Below are positions 22,374 to 36,203 of a DNA stretch of 64,000 bases, one piece after another; the stretch's first letter is position 1, and each line of letters begins with the position of its first letter. The notes under the pieces were generated by a model. It worked only from the letters and a program-made list of their open reading frames with translations, made no database searches and was not told the DNA's origin. This DNA is from Paraphysomonas bandaiensis (lineage: Eukaryota > Protista > Chrysophyceae): positions 124,001-188,000 of the forward strand of contig CBFFRP010000119.1 of NCBI GenBank assembly GCA_965644295.1, written 5' to 3'. Position numbers and translations under genes: made by a program.

Positions 22374-23275
22374 GTAAGTATATATGTATGTGTGTATGTA
22401 TGTATGTATGTATGTATGTATGTATGTATGTATGTATGTATGTATGTATGTATGTATGTATGTATGTATGTATGTATGTATGTATGTATGTATGTATGTA
22501 TGTATGTATGTATGTATGTATGTATGTATGTATGTATGTATGTATGTATGTATGTATGTATGTATGTATGTATGTATGTATGTATGTATGTATGTATGTA
22601 TGTATGTATGTATGTATGTATGTATGTATGTATGTATGTATGTATGTATGTATGAATGTATGTATGTATGTATGTAAGTAAGTATATATGTATGTATCCA
22701 TAGCACAACTTAAGAATATATATAGTAGCTATACATGCATATGTACACATACATATAAACGCTGCATACACATATAACTCCGTATATAATAAATAAAAAC
22801 ACCATTACCGCACAGCCAGACAACTACCTGTTGCTCTCAGTGAACTCAGAGAGCTTCTCCTGCAACTCGGTTCCCTACAAAGGTAAGTATATGAGTCCCA
22901 GATCACCTCACACCGCAATCACCACACCTTTGAATCAACCAGAAACCTGATAATAACCTCACACAGAGACCGCACCTGAGCCTCAGTGAGAGAGTTTAGA
23001 TTGGATAAATCCTGAGAAAGTATGTCGTCCATGTTTCCTGGGTCCGCGATGGTAATATAGATATATGATAACAACACCATCATACAACATACACACCATC
23101 ATATACACTGCAGTAGTTATGTATATGTATGTATGTATGTATGCATGTATGTATGTATGTATGTATGTATGTATGTATGTATGTATGTATGTATGTATGT
23201 ATGTATGTATGTATGTATGTATGTATGTATGTATGTATGTATGTATGTATGTATGTATGTATGTATGTATGTATG

Positions 23276-23306
<31 letters not shown>

Positions 23307-23695
23307 GTATGTATGTATGTATGTATGTATGTATGTATGTATGTATGTATGTATGTATGTATGTATGTATGTATGTATGTATGTATGTATGTATGTATGT
23401 ATGTATGTATGTATGTATGTATGTATGTATGTATGTATGTATGTATGTATGTATGTATGTATGTATGTATGAATGAATGTATGTATGTATGTAAGTAAGT
23501 ATATATGTATGTATGTATGTACGTATGTATGTATGTATGTATGTATGTATGTATGTATGTATGTATGTATGTATGTATGTATGTATGTATGTATGTATGT
23601 ATGTATGTATGTATGTATGTATGTATGTATGTATGTATGTATGTATGTATGTATGTATGTATGTATGTATGTATGTATGTATGTATGTATGTATG

Positions 23696-23726
<31 letters not shown>

Positions 23727-23983
23727 GTAAGTATATATGTATGTGTGTATGTATGTATGTATGTATGTATGTATGTATGTATGTATGTATGTATGTATGT
23801 ATGTATGTATGTATGTATGTATGTATGTATGTATGTATGTATGTAGGTAGGTAGGTAGGTAGGTAGGTAGGTAGGTAGGTAGGTAGGTAGGTAGGTATGT
23901 ATGTATGTATGTATGTAGGTAGGTATGTATGTATGTATGTATGTATGTATGTATGTATGTATGTATGTATGTATGTATGTATG

Positions 23984-24014
<31 letters not shown>

Positions 24015-24267
24015 GTAAGTATATATGTATGTATGTATGTACGTATGTATGTATGTATGTATGTATGTATGTATGTATGTATGTATGTATGTATGTATGT
24101 ATGTATGTATGTATGTATGTATGTATGTATGTATGTATGTATGTATGTATGTATGTATGTATGTATGTATGTATGTATGTATGTATGTATGTATGTATGT
24201 ATGTATGTATGTATGTATGTATGTATGTATGTATGTATGTATGTATGTATGTATGTATGTATGTATG

Positions 24268-24298
<31 letters not shown>

Positions 24299-24629
24299 GT
24301 AAGTATATATGTATGTGTGTATGTATGTATGTATGTATGTATGTATGTATGTATGTATGTATGTATGTATGTATGTATGTATGTATGTATGTATGTATGT
24401 ATGTATGTATGTATGTATGTATGTATGTATGTATGTATGTATGTATGTATGTATGTATGTATGTATGTATGTATGTATGTGTATGTATGTATGTATGTAT
24501 GTATGTATGTATGTATGTATGTATGTATGTATGTATGTATGTATGTATGTATGTATGTATGTATGTATGTATGTATGTATGTATGTATGTATGTATGTAT
24601 GTATGTATGTATGTATGTATGTATGTATG

Positions 24630-24660
<31 letters not shown>

Positions 24661-24869
24661 GTAAGTATATATGTATGTATGTATGTTCGTATGTATGTAT
24701 GTATGTATGTATGTATGTATGTATGTATGTATGTATGTATGTATGTATGTATGTATGTATGTATGTATGTATGTATGTATGTATGTATGTATGTATGTAT
24801 GTATGTATGTATGTATGTATGTATGTATGTATGTATGTATGTATGTATGTATGTATGTATGTATGTATG

Positions 24870-24900
<31 letters not shown>

Positions 24901-25101
24901 GTAAGTATATATGTATGTATGTATGTACGTATGTATGTACGTATGTCTGTATGTATGTATGTATGTATGTATGTATGTATGTATGTATGTATGTATGTAT
25001 GTATGTATGTATGTATGTATGTATGTATGTATGTATGTATGTATGTATGTATGTATGTATGTATGTATGCATGTATGTATGTATGTATGTATGTATGTAT
25101 G

Positions 25102-25132
<31 letters not shown>

Positions 25133-25429
25133 GTAAGTATATATGTATGTGTGTATGTACGTATGTATGTATGTATGTATGTATGTATGTATGTATGTAT
25201 GTATGTATGTATGTATGTATGTATGTATGTATGTATGTATGTATGTATGTATGTATGTATGTATGTATGTATGTATGTATGTATGTATGTATGTATGTAT
25301 GTATGTATGTATGTATGTATGTATGTATGTATGTATGTATGTATGTATGTATGTATGTATGTATGTATGTATGTATGTATGTATGTATGTATGTATGTAT
25401 GTATGTATGTATGTATGTATGTATGTATG

Positions 25430-25460
<31 letters not shown>

Positions 25461-25609
25461 GTATGTATGTATGTATGTATGTATGTATGTATGTATGTAT
25501 GTATGTATGTATGTATGTATGTATGTATGTATGTATGTATGTATGTATGTATGTATGTATGTATGTATGTATGTATGTATGTATGTATGTATGTATGTAT
25601 GTATGTATG

Positions 25610-25640
<31 letters not shown>

Positions 25641-25791
25641 GTAAGTATATATGTATGTGTGTATGTATGTATGTATGTATGTATGTATGTATGTATGTAT
25701 GTATGTATGTATGTATGTATGTATGTATGTATGTATGTATGTATGTATGTATGTATGTATGTATGTATGTATGTATGTATGTATGTATGTA
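21755..25791. repeat. Very long (TATG)n array with recurring GTAAGTAAGTATATATG interruptions, split by a duplicated unique segment
   Basis: Directly visible. Confidence 0.97.
22696..23120 (-). repeat. Tandem duplicate of 21331-21755 (5' exons of COMMD7), period 1365 bp
   Basis: Same sequence ATCCATAGCACAACTTAAG...CTGCAGTAGTTATG at both positions. Confidence 0.92.
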
Positions 25792-25884
25792 TCTAGATGA
25801 TGTTGGGTTATGTTTGGTATAGTTGTGTTCTGCTGTCAGTTTCTTTATCGTACTCTGTTTATTCAGATATTATCTAATACTTAA

Positions 25885-26319
25885 ATGTCAAAGGCCGGTT
25901 TTTCCATTGAAGATATCCAGAAGGGAGCCAAGTCTCTTAATTCTACTCCTGTGCAGGCTAAGGCGTCGTCGAAGTCTGATGATGACGAGGAGGCCAGTAT
26001 CGCTCGTTTAGGTTAGTATTTGCCTCTCCCTCTGACACATGTGTGTATGTACATTCTAACTGCATGTGTTTGCTGCAGAGAAACTGTACCAGCGTATGAA
26101 TGGCGATTTGGATCTGATGTGAGTGCATCCTCTACTATGTAGTCATCTTGTGTGATATGTGCATACTGTAGATTTGAAGAACTCGGAGCCAACCCTGAGA
26201 AAGCAAAGAAACCCCACAACCGCCCGAAAAATGCCACCGAATTTGCAGAGAAGTTTTACAAGGGATTTTACTCTCTGGTGGACGATGAAGAAATGGCAGA
26301 TTCGAAATCGCATAAGTAG
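25885..26319 (+). CDS. Small hypothetical protein (~104 aa, 3 exons)
   Basis: Spliced by eye with two phase-compatible GT-AG introns: MSKAGFSIEDIQKGAKSLNSTPVQAKASSKSDDDEEASIARLEKLYQRMNGDLDLIFEELGANPEKAKKPHNRPKNATEFAEKFYKGFYSLVDDEEMADSKSHK*. Confidence 0.65.
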
Positions 26320-27699
26320 AATATCGAGATTGCAATTCATGTGAAGGAATTGACATGCTCTAAATAAATTTCGAATACCTGATAATAAAATATGCATTAA
26401 ATGCTATTTTAGAGACTTATTATTCTTTTTATATGATGTTTTTGCCGTGTTACTGGACTTCAGAATGTCAATCGGATACATTTGAATCAAATGCTTACTT
26501 ACAATTCTCTCTCACCTTACTTAAAATAGAGAAATATCTGAACAACTGAAACTATTTCATTTTCTTCTGTATGTAAGAACCCCATAAAGACGTCGGAGAC
26601 ACGAATGCACATAGGTTCTTAGTAGGATATCCCTGTTGTCCCCGTTTGTCGCAGAAGGATTTTTACCTGAATGCCCATACTATCACCGGGAAAGTATAGT
26701 CAGTCAACTTCAATATTCGGTTCAAACAGATTATATCTTCTCTATATATATTCGTATCTATGTATGTTGACAGTAATTACATTAAATATTTTATTAAATG
26801 CCACATCCAGTCCTTTCAGGGTTAGGGTCAAGTCGTGCTAATATCAGGATTGTGTGCTTCATATCATACCTTGGTTGAGTCATTTATTGCTTTGAGTAGG
26901 TTTTTACACCGAAAATAGTATGACTACGAAATTCAATCAAATTGACTAGGTTGAACAATATATCTCGTAGAATATGGTTAATATTCTAGTATATTCAGTG
27001 TAGACTTGAAGACAATGTAGGAGAATACAGTGAAATGTATGGTGATATACAAATGCTGTGATGATTGCGAGACACTAAAATAGTTTGGTCTTTTAAGATA
27101 TGTTTAGTAACGAGAGGTTTACATAATCACATAATATGCAGGAGATTATGCGTGAAGCAAAATGAGATTGTGTTGTTTGTCACAATTCATGTAAACGATA
27201 TTAATTAATCTATCTAGTCTAACGACAAGTTCTCTCTGAGAATAAGCATTTTCCAACAGTACAATCAAGTCACTCAACGTTTTATTTGTCGCCACTCAAC
27301 AGCATGTCGTAGTTACCAGAGTGGTTTTATGGTTAGTTTTGCAGTGTTTTTGACTTCTCCAGAAATTATATGATATATGGCTATCACTGCCTGCTGCCAA
27401 CGTATTGAAAAGTATGAGCCCGCACTTTCCATTACAATATAATATATGTTAATCACCCCCACAGTAAACTGAAGTAATTATATTATATGAATATACTGTG
27501 CGACTGTGTGTGCATCAATAAAGCATTTAATTTATTTAATATATTACATTCAGTACAAAAAATTCTCGAACTATTGAGTGACACTATCCTAAAATAGTGT
27601 TCTCGTCTGCATAAACATATACCAGTCAACGAAGCATACATATTCATACTATAGTTCACATCTTATGTCAATACCATAAAACTCTACACAGACTGTCGG

Positions 27700-30600
27700 T
27701 TATTTCTTCATCTGTCGCCGGGGAACAGACTTGGTTTCACTAGCACCGCTATTGACAGCGGACTTCTTTTGCTTTCTGATTTCCGCCTGCGAAATAACCA
27801 TCAAAGAGATAATGTGAAGCACATTACAATATCAGTACGATAAATCAGTACAACAGCATGATGCAGTGGTAGGAGTTTTTTGAAACTTACTCTTTTCGCA
27901 GAGTTTGCGACGAAACAATTGTCTAAGTCTTGACCATCTTTGTAGAAAAACTATTCGAAGGTGTTAGTGCGAATCGGAATACTAGCATTCATCACAACTT
28001 ATAGCTGATGCCAAAGTCAACATCAGAAAATAGCAATGCACAGTAATTCTATTGTCTCTAGTATGTTTACCTGTTGCATGTTACCACCACTGCCTCTCCT
28101 TTTGGGAGTGTCTGACATCTCCTTCTGGCTCTCCACAAAAGGTTCGTGCACTAGCTGCGGTTCCGGCTCCGTCCTCGGGGCTGTATCGTCAGCAAGAGGT
28201 ACCGCATCAACGCAAGTTTTCAAAGGAGAGATATCTGCCTCTGGGGCCAATGGTGTATAGCTCTCCATAACTGAGGTAAGATCTCTGTTTCCACACTCCC
28301 TGCGATATCATCGTTAAAGTAAACAATCATAAACGTAACAACAGGCCATAAATAATGTGATACTATCCGGTGTTTTGCATAGCTGATCACACTATGATCT
28401 CTCATAGTGTACAGCACATCTATCATATCTATAATGTCTATCAGGAAAGTACCTGCGCTCTTCTCTTGTGCTAAGAATATCCTTAAGGCTTCGTATCGCC
28501 ACTGGGGTTGGGACAGGCGGGGCTTCCACCTCCTCCACCATCACTATATATTTCATGAGTATGTTCACTCAATATATTAGCACAGCACAGTTCGTATTTC
28601 GAGCACCATGGACAGTAGCCCAATGACACCCCAAACATGTAGATGCATCACAACTTTATACGCCATTACGATTTTATTACACACCTGCTTCCTTCTTTAG
28701 TGGCTCATCACAATGCACGAGGGTTCTCTCGATCGATTGAGGCTCTGGGATAATGGGGGGAGCAGGGTCGATAACAATAGGCTCCGGTGATTCAACAAGG
28801 TCTATAGGAGCTGTCTTTACCTCTTCCTCAATCACAGCCTCCACTTCAGAGACTTGAGTGACCTCTTTCGCTGGAGAAGGGGGTCTGAAATGAGGATTTT
28901 TGACAAGCACCATGGTATGACACATTCCCAGCGATATGTCTATGGGAAGAGCGTCTGATCCATAAACTGAAGGAATATGCACAGGACGTGGCAACGTGCT
29001 ATTCTTTTCGCTTCCATTTCCTAAATATACCAAATCACATGACTTATATTAACATTCGATTTTCAGTAAGTTTTATAAAACGAGTATACCTAACTGTCCT
29101 TCCTCTCCCCATCCCCACAAAAGCACCTGTCCACATGCTGATAACGCTGCACTGTGCCGACCTCCAGCTGCCACTTTTACCACTCTCATACCCTCTGGAA
29201 TAGGTACCTTATTAGGTGACAAACAATGCTCGGTAGTTACAGAGCTTCCCACTCCACATTGTCCAAATGAATTCGACCCCCATGCAAAACATCCACCAAC
29301 CCGTCCTGAAGTGGCCAGAGAGTGCTGCTCGCCAGCACTTATATCTATGGCATGACAAGGCTCGGGGAACTCCACCGCTGTTGGAACCATAACTCCATCT
29401 TCTGACCCCAGACCAAGGCGTCCGTGTTCCCCCCAGCCGAAGGATAAAACGGAAGTGATAAACATGCGAGTGGCATGTACAGGTACTGCAATCACGAGCG
29501 TATGGTGCATTCCACAGCTAACTTTGGCAACCCTGAAGCCATTTTCACCAAACCATGACACTTCCTTCGGGGTACGAATCATAGGAACACTCTGACCATG
29601 ACCAAGCTGCCCAGCTTTACCCAGTCCACACGTGTACAACGAGGCGCAGGACAAGCATGAAGGTTCAGAGAACTCACTTGACGTACCCGCAGACGGAGGA
29701 ATGCGAATATACCCTATCTCCGACTCACGATCGGCAATAAAGGCAGTATGAAAAGGTCCACAAGAAATGCTACAACATATCAGCGAAGAGAGTGCGGACA
29801 CCTGCTTTGGAGCGTGTTGGTTTTGTTTGTTTCCATGTCCTAAAGCACCATGTTCTCCTCCACCCCACGTAAACACCATGCCTTTGTCAGTCACAAAACC
29901 AGCATGCAGCTCTCCACAAGATACCTGTGTCACTGTGTGTTTTTCTGTTACCTACACATAATAACCAACAAATAATAAATACTCCCACGAATTCATACGC
30001 AGGACATAGTATCTTACTTTGATTGGAGTAGGTACTCTAAAATTAGTTCCTAATCCAGCTCCCCACATAGCTATACCTCTACCCGAAAGAAAAGTTGCAC
30101 TAATAGTGGACCCAGCAGCAATCTGATTTGCTTTGACAGGCTCTCCTTTCTCATTCATTGGCATTGGTGTCAATTTGAGGATAGGGCCCATTATTCCTGC
30201 ACGGTTCTCAAATTCAAAACTATAGTCTTATCATTCAGATATACAAACACACTTTCGAGAACAGGTGACGAATACACGTCAAAAATACGTAAACTGTCAT
30301 AAACTGAAAAATGTATATATAACATCATAGAATTATACACAATACTACACCATAGGAGGTTACGTATCATCGTCCACAAGCACTATCTAAAACCGCACTG
30401 GACACACCGTATACACAAACAACATCATCACAAGGGTTAATAACTATACAAACTCTTAATAATAATACAGTAAGTTGAATATCACCCTCGTAAGTCATAC
30501 CTTCTTGAAACAGCTGTCCGAAAGCATTGGAGCCACATGAGACAATAGCAGTCTGCCACTTATCCGTACTGACACTTTCGTGTGAGCTAAATACATCGCC

Positions 30601-30722
30601 AGAACTGGCCCCTCTTCCATACTTGGGCTGTGGTCTGAATGCAATTGTATAGAACACTTACATCAGATATGAATTAATAATATACAGCGCATGCTTACAC
30701 ACCTCTGCCGCCGACTTGACAT
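27700..30722 (-). CDS. RCC1/UVR8-like repeat protein with Pro/Glu-rich C-terminus, multi-exon
   Basis: Repeated RCC1 motifs: VSCGELHA..VFTWGGGEHGALGHG, ISAGEQHS..AWGSNSFGQCG, VAAGGRHS..WGWGEEGQLG. Exon ends are approximate. Confidence 0.85.
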
Positions 30723-30856
30723 ATTGATCACAGGTACTGTAGCCGTATCGTAGATATGATCTGCTTATCCGGAACCCTCAACGTATCCAGAAGTCCACGA
30801 CAAGCAGCTGCATATACTACATGTCGAAACTCACTTCCACTTCAAAAACGTATATA

Positions 30857-31168
30857 TACACATACATACACACATACATACATACATACATACATACATA
30901 CATACATACATACATACATACATACATACATACATACATACATACATACATACATACATACATACATACATACATACATACATACATACATACATACATA
31001 CATACATACATACATACATACATACATACATACATACATACATACATACATACATACATACATACATACATACATACATACATACATACATACATACATG
31101 CATACATACATACATACATACATACATACATACATGCATACATACATACATACATACATACACACACA
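30857..31168. repeat. (CATA)n microsatellite between divergent genes
   Basis: Directly visible. Confidence 0.98.
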
Positions 31169-31341
31169 CCATATCGCGGTATATCCATACATACTGCTGT
31201 ATATCTAGGAAGTGTACGTGTAGCTGCATATACTGCAGCAGCACATATATGCGTATATAGCAATAGCTACAAGTAGATTATATCGCCACACAAGTCCCCC
31301 CTTCTACTATGAATAGGTAACCTACCTCCTCCCTCAGTCAC

Positions 31342-32733
31342 ATGAACTCTCTCGACGATATCTCTGCGACTCCCAAGTCATGTCGAGATATTAATGTTGA
31401 TGATTTGGATTTTTCAGCAACGACTCCCTCTGAGGTGGTGCTGATAGTGGAGGAGTGCAAGTCCTCTCTGTCTATCGCTGAGTGGGCGTGTAAGAGCATA
31501 TCGAGTTTCACATCATTAGCTGTTAAGAAGCGTAACGCGGAGGCGATGGCACAGCTGCTGGATGAGGGCATATGCGAGTGCCTCGTTAACACAATGAACA
31601 TGCACTGTGCCTCCAGCTCTGTTGTAGCGTCGTGCGGCTGTGGGGCATTATCTGATCTGGCATGGACGTCGCGGGAACTGAGAGAATTCTTGGGTGAAGT
31701 TGGTGCGTGTGAGTGTGTGGTATTTGCTCTCACAATGAATGTTGGCGATGCTGAAGTGGCTGAGTACGGAACATCCACCATCATCAATCTCTGCAAGGAC
31801 AATATCAGTAATAGTTTTCGCCTGGCGGAGGCAGGAGCATGTGATGTGGTTGTTCAGACAGGTAATTTTGGATTTAATTTTAACCATCCCAAATGTGAAA
31901 CGATTGCGGCCAATGTGTGCACTTCTATCTACCATCTATGCGAAGCAGCGAACCAGCCGAAACTTCATGACTCCGGAGCTTGTGAGCTTGTTGCTGCGTT
32001 GCTCAAATTTCACGTGGACAAAGTTGAGGTAGCTCTGGCTGCAACGAAAGCTATATGCGGATTATCGAGTTTAACTGCGGATAATCGAGAAGGGTTGGGA
32101 AGAGCGAGCTCATGTGCCCTCATTATTCAAGCCATGACTCAACATGAAAAGTGCCTCCCAATTGTAGAGAACTGCTGTGAGAGTATCATGCATCTTGCCC
32201 TCTCTCCTGCAAATACAGAGCGATTGGCGAGTGCGGGAGCATGTGAAGCAGTGGTGAAAGCCCTCGACAAGTATCTAATTGACAGAGAGTTTGGGTCGGA
32301 AATTTGCTGCGGAGCTATGGTGAATCTGATATCTAACGGGGCATCTGCTCCTGGAAATATTATTCGACTGCGGATGGCTGGGGCGGCGGAGCTTATGCAG
32401 CGTGTCCACAGCAGTACCCGGGCATCTCACCGTGCGAGAGAAAACGCGACGCATATCGTGCAAAATATTACTGCCTCCATTTCTATTGGGGTAAACAAGG
32501 CTCCTGCTGGGGTATTAGATACTGGTAGATCCAGTGGAGCCACGCTGCAAGCGTCAGATATCAGGGAATATTCAAGACAAATTGGGGGAACTGGGAGTCC
32601 ATCCAAAACTTCAGTTTCAGCAGACACGGCTACTAGCAGCATTAGAATTAATCAAAGTGATGACGATGACGATAACCTGCTCTTGGCCAGAACATCTAGT
32701 TCCGGAATCGACCGAGATGTATATGAAATTTAG
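31342..32733 (+). CDS. Armadillo-repeat protein (463 aa, single exon)
   Basis: Repeated helical units with N..RLAEAGACDVVV, KLHDSGACELVA, RLASAGACEAVV. Confidence 0.85.
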   Translation: MNSLDDISATPKSCRDINVDDLDFSATTPSEVVLIVEECKSSLSIAEWACKSISSFTSLAVKKRNAEAMAQLLDEGICECLVNTMNMHCASSSVVASCGCGALSDLAWTSRELREFLGEVGACECVVFALTMNVGDAEVAEYGTSTIINLCKDNISNSFRLAEAGACDVVVQTGNFGFNFNHPKCETIAANVCTSIYHLCEAANQPKLHDSGACELVAALLKFHVDKVEVALAATKAICGLSSLTADNREGLGRASSCALIIQAMTQHEKCLPIVENCCESIMHLALSPANTERLASAGACEAVVKALDKYLIDREFGSEICCGAMVNLISNGASAPGNIIRLRMAGAAELMQRVHSSTRASHRARENATHIVQNITASISIGVNKAPAGVLDTGRSSGATLQASDIREYSRQIGGTGSPSKTSVSADTATSSIRINQSDDDDDNLLLARTSSSGIDRDVYEI

Positions 32734-35700
32734 CTAATTTGGATTCAATATTTACGATTCTGATAAGTGTTTTGAGCTGCATGTTCATCTAATTTCCATG
32801 CTGATGTTCATATGCTAACTAACTTTTTCTTCCTATCTATCTGGAATCTTGTGTGGTAAAGGACGTATTCGAGCCAATTATGGTAGGGCCGTAGAAACTG
32901 TGTGTTACTTTTGCTCCGTCTTGCTAGGTAGCGGTTGGATCTTGGTGAAGTTAAAGTTTAGTGAGCAAGGTAGGGATATATATCTATGATAGAGTATGTT
33001 GGGTTGCGTATGTTCCTCTAACGTAGAACAGAATTGTTCGTTAAAGACGATGTAAGAAATTGTAACTAGTAGTGAATGTCTGATTATTTAGCAATAGGCG
33101 TTGAGACCTTGCATCAATTAGTGGCTAGAAGAATGCTAGTCATACTAGTTAGACCACTACCCGTAACTAATCAATACAAACTCTTTTATCCTACTATTTA
33201 ACGCTACGAAAGCTGCTTGTGCGTCGCCGCAAGCACCAAGGTGCAACCACTTCCGTTCTAAGAAATTGTAACACGTAATCTAAATACTACATACAACTGT
33301 GAAATTGAAGTATCATGACAATTCATGATACAGAAGTTAGTACAGTGGTTGATATCCGTATGCTAACAATATGCAAAATCACACGAATGTGTATACGTAT
33401 ACAATAATAATTTATCTAGTCTGACGACATACCTTTAACTTATTCAACGCTTTAAGAGTAATACAATAAGCAAAACTCAATGAGTAAAAAGCAATATAGA
33501 ATATAGACTATAATATAGACTAGCAAGAAAGGCTCAGTACTCATAGTTCGTGTTGTTGCGTTTCATTTTTACTATAATATTATGTGGTGACGTTATACTT
33601 CCCTTAATTTTTTTCTTTCAGTTATTATGTAACTACCTATATTATCTATATATAATATTAATTAATATGCTTAGACTGTAGACTATTGGATTTTGTCAAA
33701 TTTCATATTTTTGGTGTTTTGCGCACGTTTGAAATTTTGTTCTGACTATATTATGTTAATGATGCACACATATAACTCCCAGTTGATTTAGACGACAATT
33801 CCTTGCATTGTTTTTAACTTGATTAATAACTAGCCGTCATATCATCATTTCCAATATTTTCAACATTTTTTCAGCATTAATATATTTATTTACTTATAAT
33901 GCACAGAATATACAACATGTATAATATATACAACATCATCATTATGTAATGTCTATGCTTGTACTATTATAGACATAAAAGTAAACAAGAGGTAGTATAT
34001 AGAGCAATCTCAGCATCACCACAAGATGGGGGATTACCTATGGTCACCATGAATGACATCAGTAATATTTATCAGGAACACTACCCATCATGGCTTCAGA
34101 TAATATATATCATAATATTATGTTATTATTGTCAAAAATTGTTCATGATAATAAATTAAATATTCCAGTACAGTATTTATGAGAGAAAGTATGATAATAT
34201 GGTTAAAAAGCGGAGTTAATACAGCGGAGTTAATTTATGTAAGCAACAGATATTCTAATATATACAAAGACATTATTGTGTGTTATATATAAATATAATA
34301 ATGTAGAAGTGTTAAGTTTTGCTGTATGATATATATATTCTATTCTATTCTATTATAATATTATGACAAGATAATAATATATATATTACGCTCTAATATA
34401 ACAGCCAATATTCGGCATTACCTCGACTTTGGTATTACACACAGCCAATCTAACCGTCGCCCCAAGGGCGTATTCTTCACCGCGACACAATATTTACGAT
34501 CAGTTGCAGCAATAATATCAATAAAAGAGTACTAACCAAATTACTAATCCATACTATTCACAAAATGAAATCGTAACCACAATTTGAGCAGAAAAAAACA
34601 GCTACTAATAAATAAATAATCCTATATATAATGTATGTATATATAATATTATATAACCACGAGTAATAAAAAGGGGGATCTATATCGTCCAAATCTCAAA
34701 CTTTAGAAACGAGGGCGAAAATCTCTGTACAAGAGGTTAGATTGTAGCTTATTATCCTAATGGTGTAGTTTAATACAGACCTAATTACTAGAATGTATAG
34801 TTATTTGTATCTTCCTTCCTGGAAGATGTACGCCCCTACCACATAATAAGGGTACCGAGAGGGAACAGCACTTGCAATGTATTGAAATTTGAACATAAAT
34901 GTGGTAATGGTTAAGAACAAGTGGTTATCACATTTATTTACATCCCGACTCGATCGTTTTGTGCGACTGACTCGAACGCTGTGTGTATGATAATTTACGC
35001 ACACAATAAGCATGACGATAGATAGATAGAAATCTCATTTATTAATTATCCAGTAACATTGTTGAAGTACTGTTTATGGAGATTGCTACCACTGATCTCC
35101 TACAGTATTATTAGTAGACGAAATATAACTACGAGTGTTTAATGATCTGCTGTCGAAATTTGAGTCACTTTTAAATGACAGTCAACATATATTATATATA
35201 TATATAGATATATATATTATATATAGTTAAGATAGAATATAGTTTTTGTTCGAACCGAATATTGAAGTTGAATGACTATACTTGCCCGGTAATTATAATA
35301 TAATATATTATACTTGAACGGAAGAAGAAGTTGCACCGTGGTGTTTGCGGCGACGCACAAGCAGCTTCTCTAGCATTACATAGTAGGATATGAGAATTTG
35401 TGTCAGTTAATTACAGGAAGTACTAATATGATATGAGCGTCTTGCCTGTTGAGCCGTATTCACGTAAATAAACATTTTTTATACAAAAGGGGGAAATATT
35501 AGTCAATCTAGTCGAATTGGCTGAACTATCTAGCCATAAAAGTTTAGGTGCAATAATATAGTCAAAGTAATAAATATTTCAATGTTTACATTCATTAGTA
35601 AATGGCTAGTGACTAGGTGCTAGGGGAAAACCATAAACACCTCTAGGCATATATAAGAATTACTTAATGACTAGACTTTCAACCCCTCGACAAGTTTTTC

Positions 35701-36203
35701 ACTAGGAAATTATATCGTATTATTGACTAGGTCCAATAATAGATCCTCAAAAGTCAAAAGAGGATAATAATACATATTAACCTCTCCTACATTAAACATT
35801 AAACCGCTACGTATTTTCGTACATTGTACTCGCAGCGATGCACAAGCAGTCCCGAGACGGTTGCCCGCCACTAGTAGTATATAGCAAATCCAGTTATTAG
35901 TTATTCTATAGATATAAACTAGTTTCTGTACACAACCGTTCTCATGTAATAATCAGACTTTCCTATACATTGTACCTCCTAATGAAAACGACAGTAGTTA
36001 ATAGTTGAACACTATATTTGAAAGGCTTCATGATGTCAGTGTAAATCGTTATAAGCTCAAATAAATAGCATACAAACTATTATTATTACCGCACTATCTA
36101 AACTAAGTAAAGTTATACTACCCTTCAAGTGATGTAACACCACCACATAGTATAGATTCCCCGTCTAATGCTGTGATGTAAAAGTTTCCACCAGCAACAG
36201 TAT

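Noticed and set aside
21618-25822. Many long ORFs (HTYI/MYVC repeats), also at 5325-6056, 30756-31276, 37475-37843, 42537-43306 and 46378-46882
   Set aside because: Artefacts of stop-free (TATG)n microsatellites.
34655-34800. Diverged similarity to ~39610-39770
   Set aside because: Probably an old repeat fragment; termini and class cannot be defined by eye.
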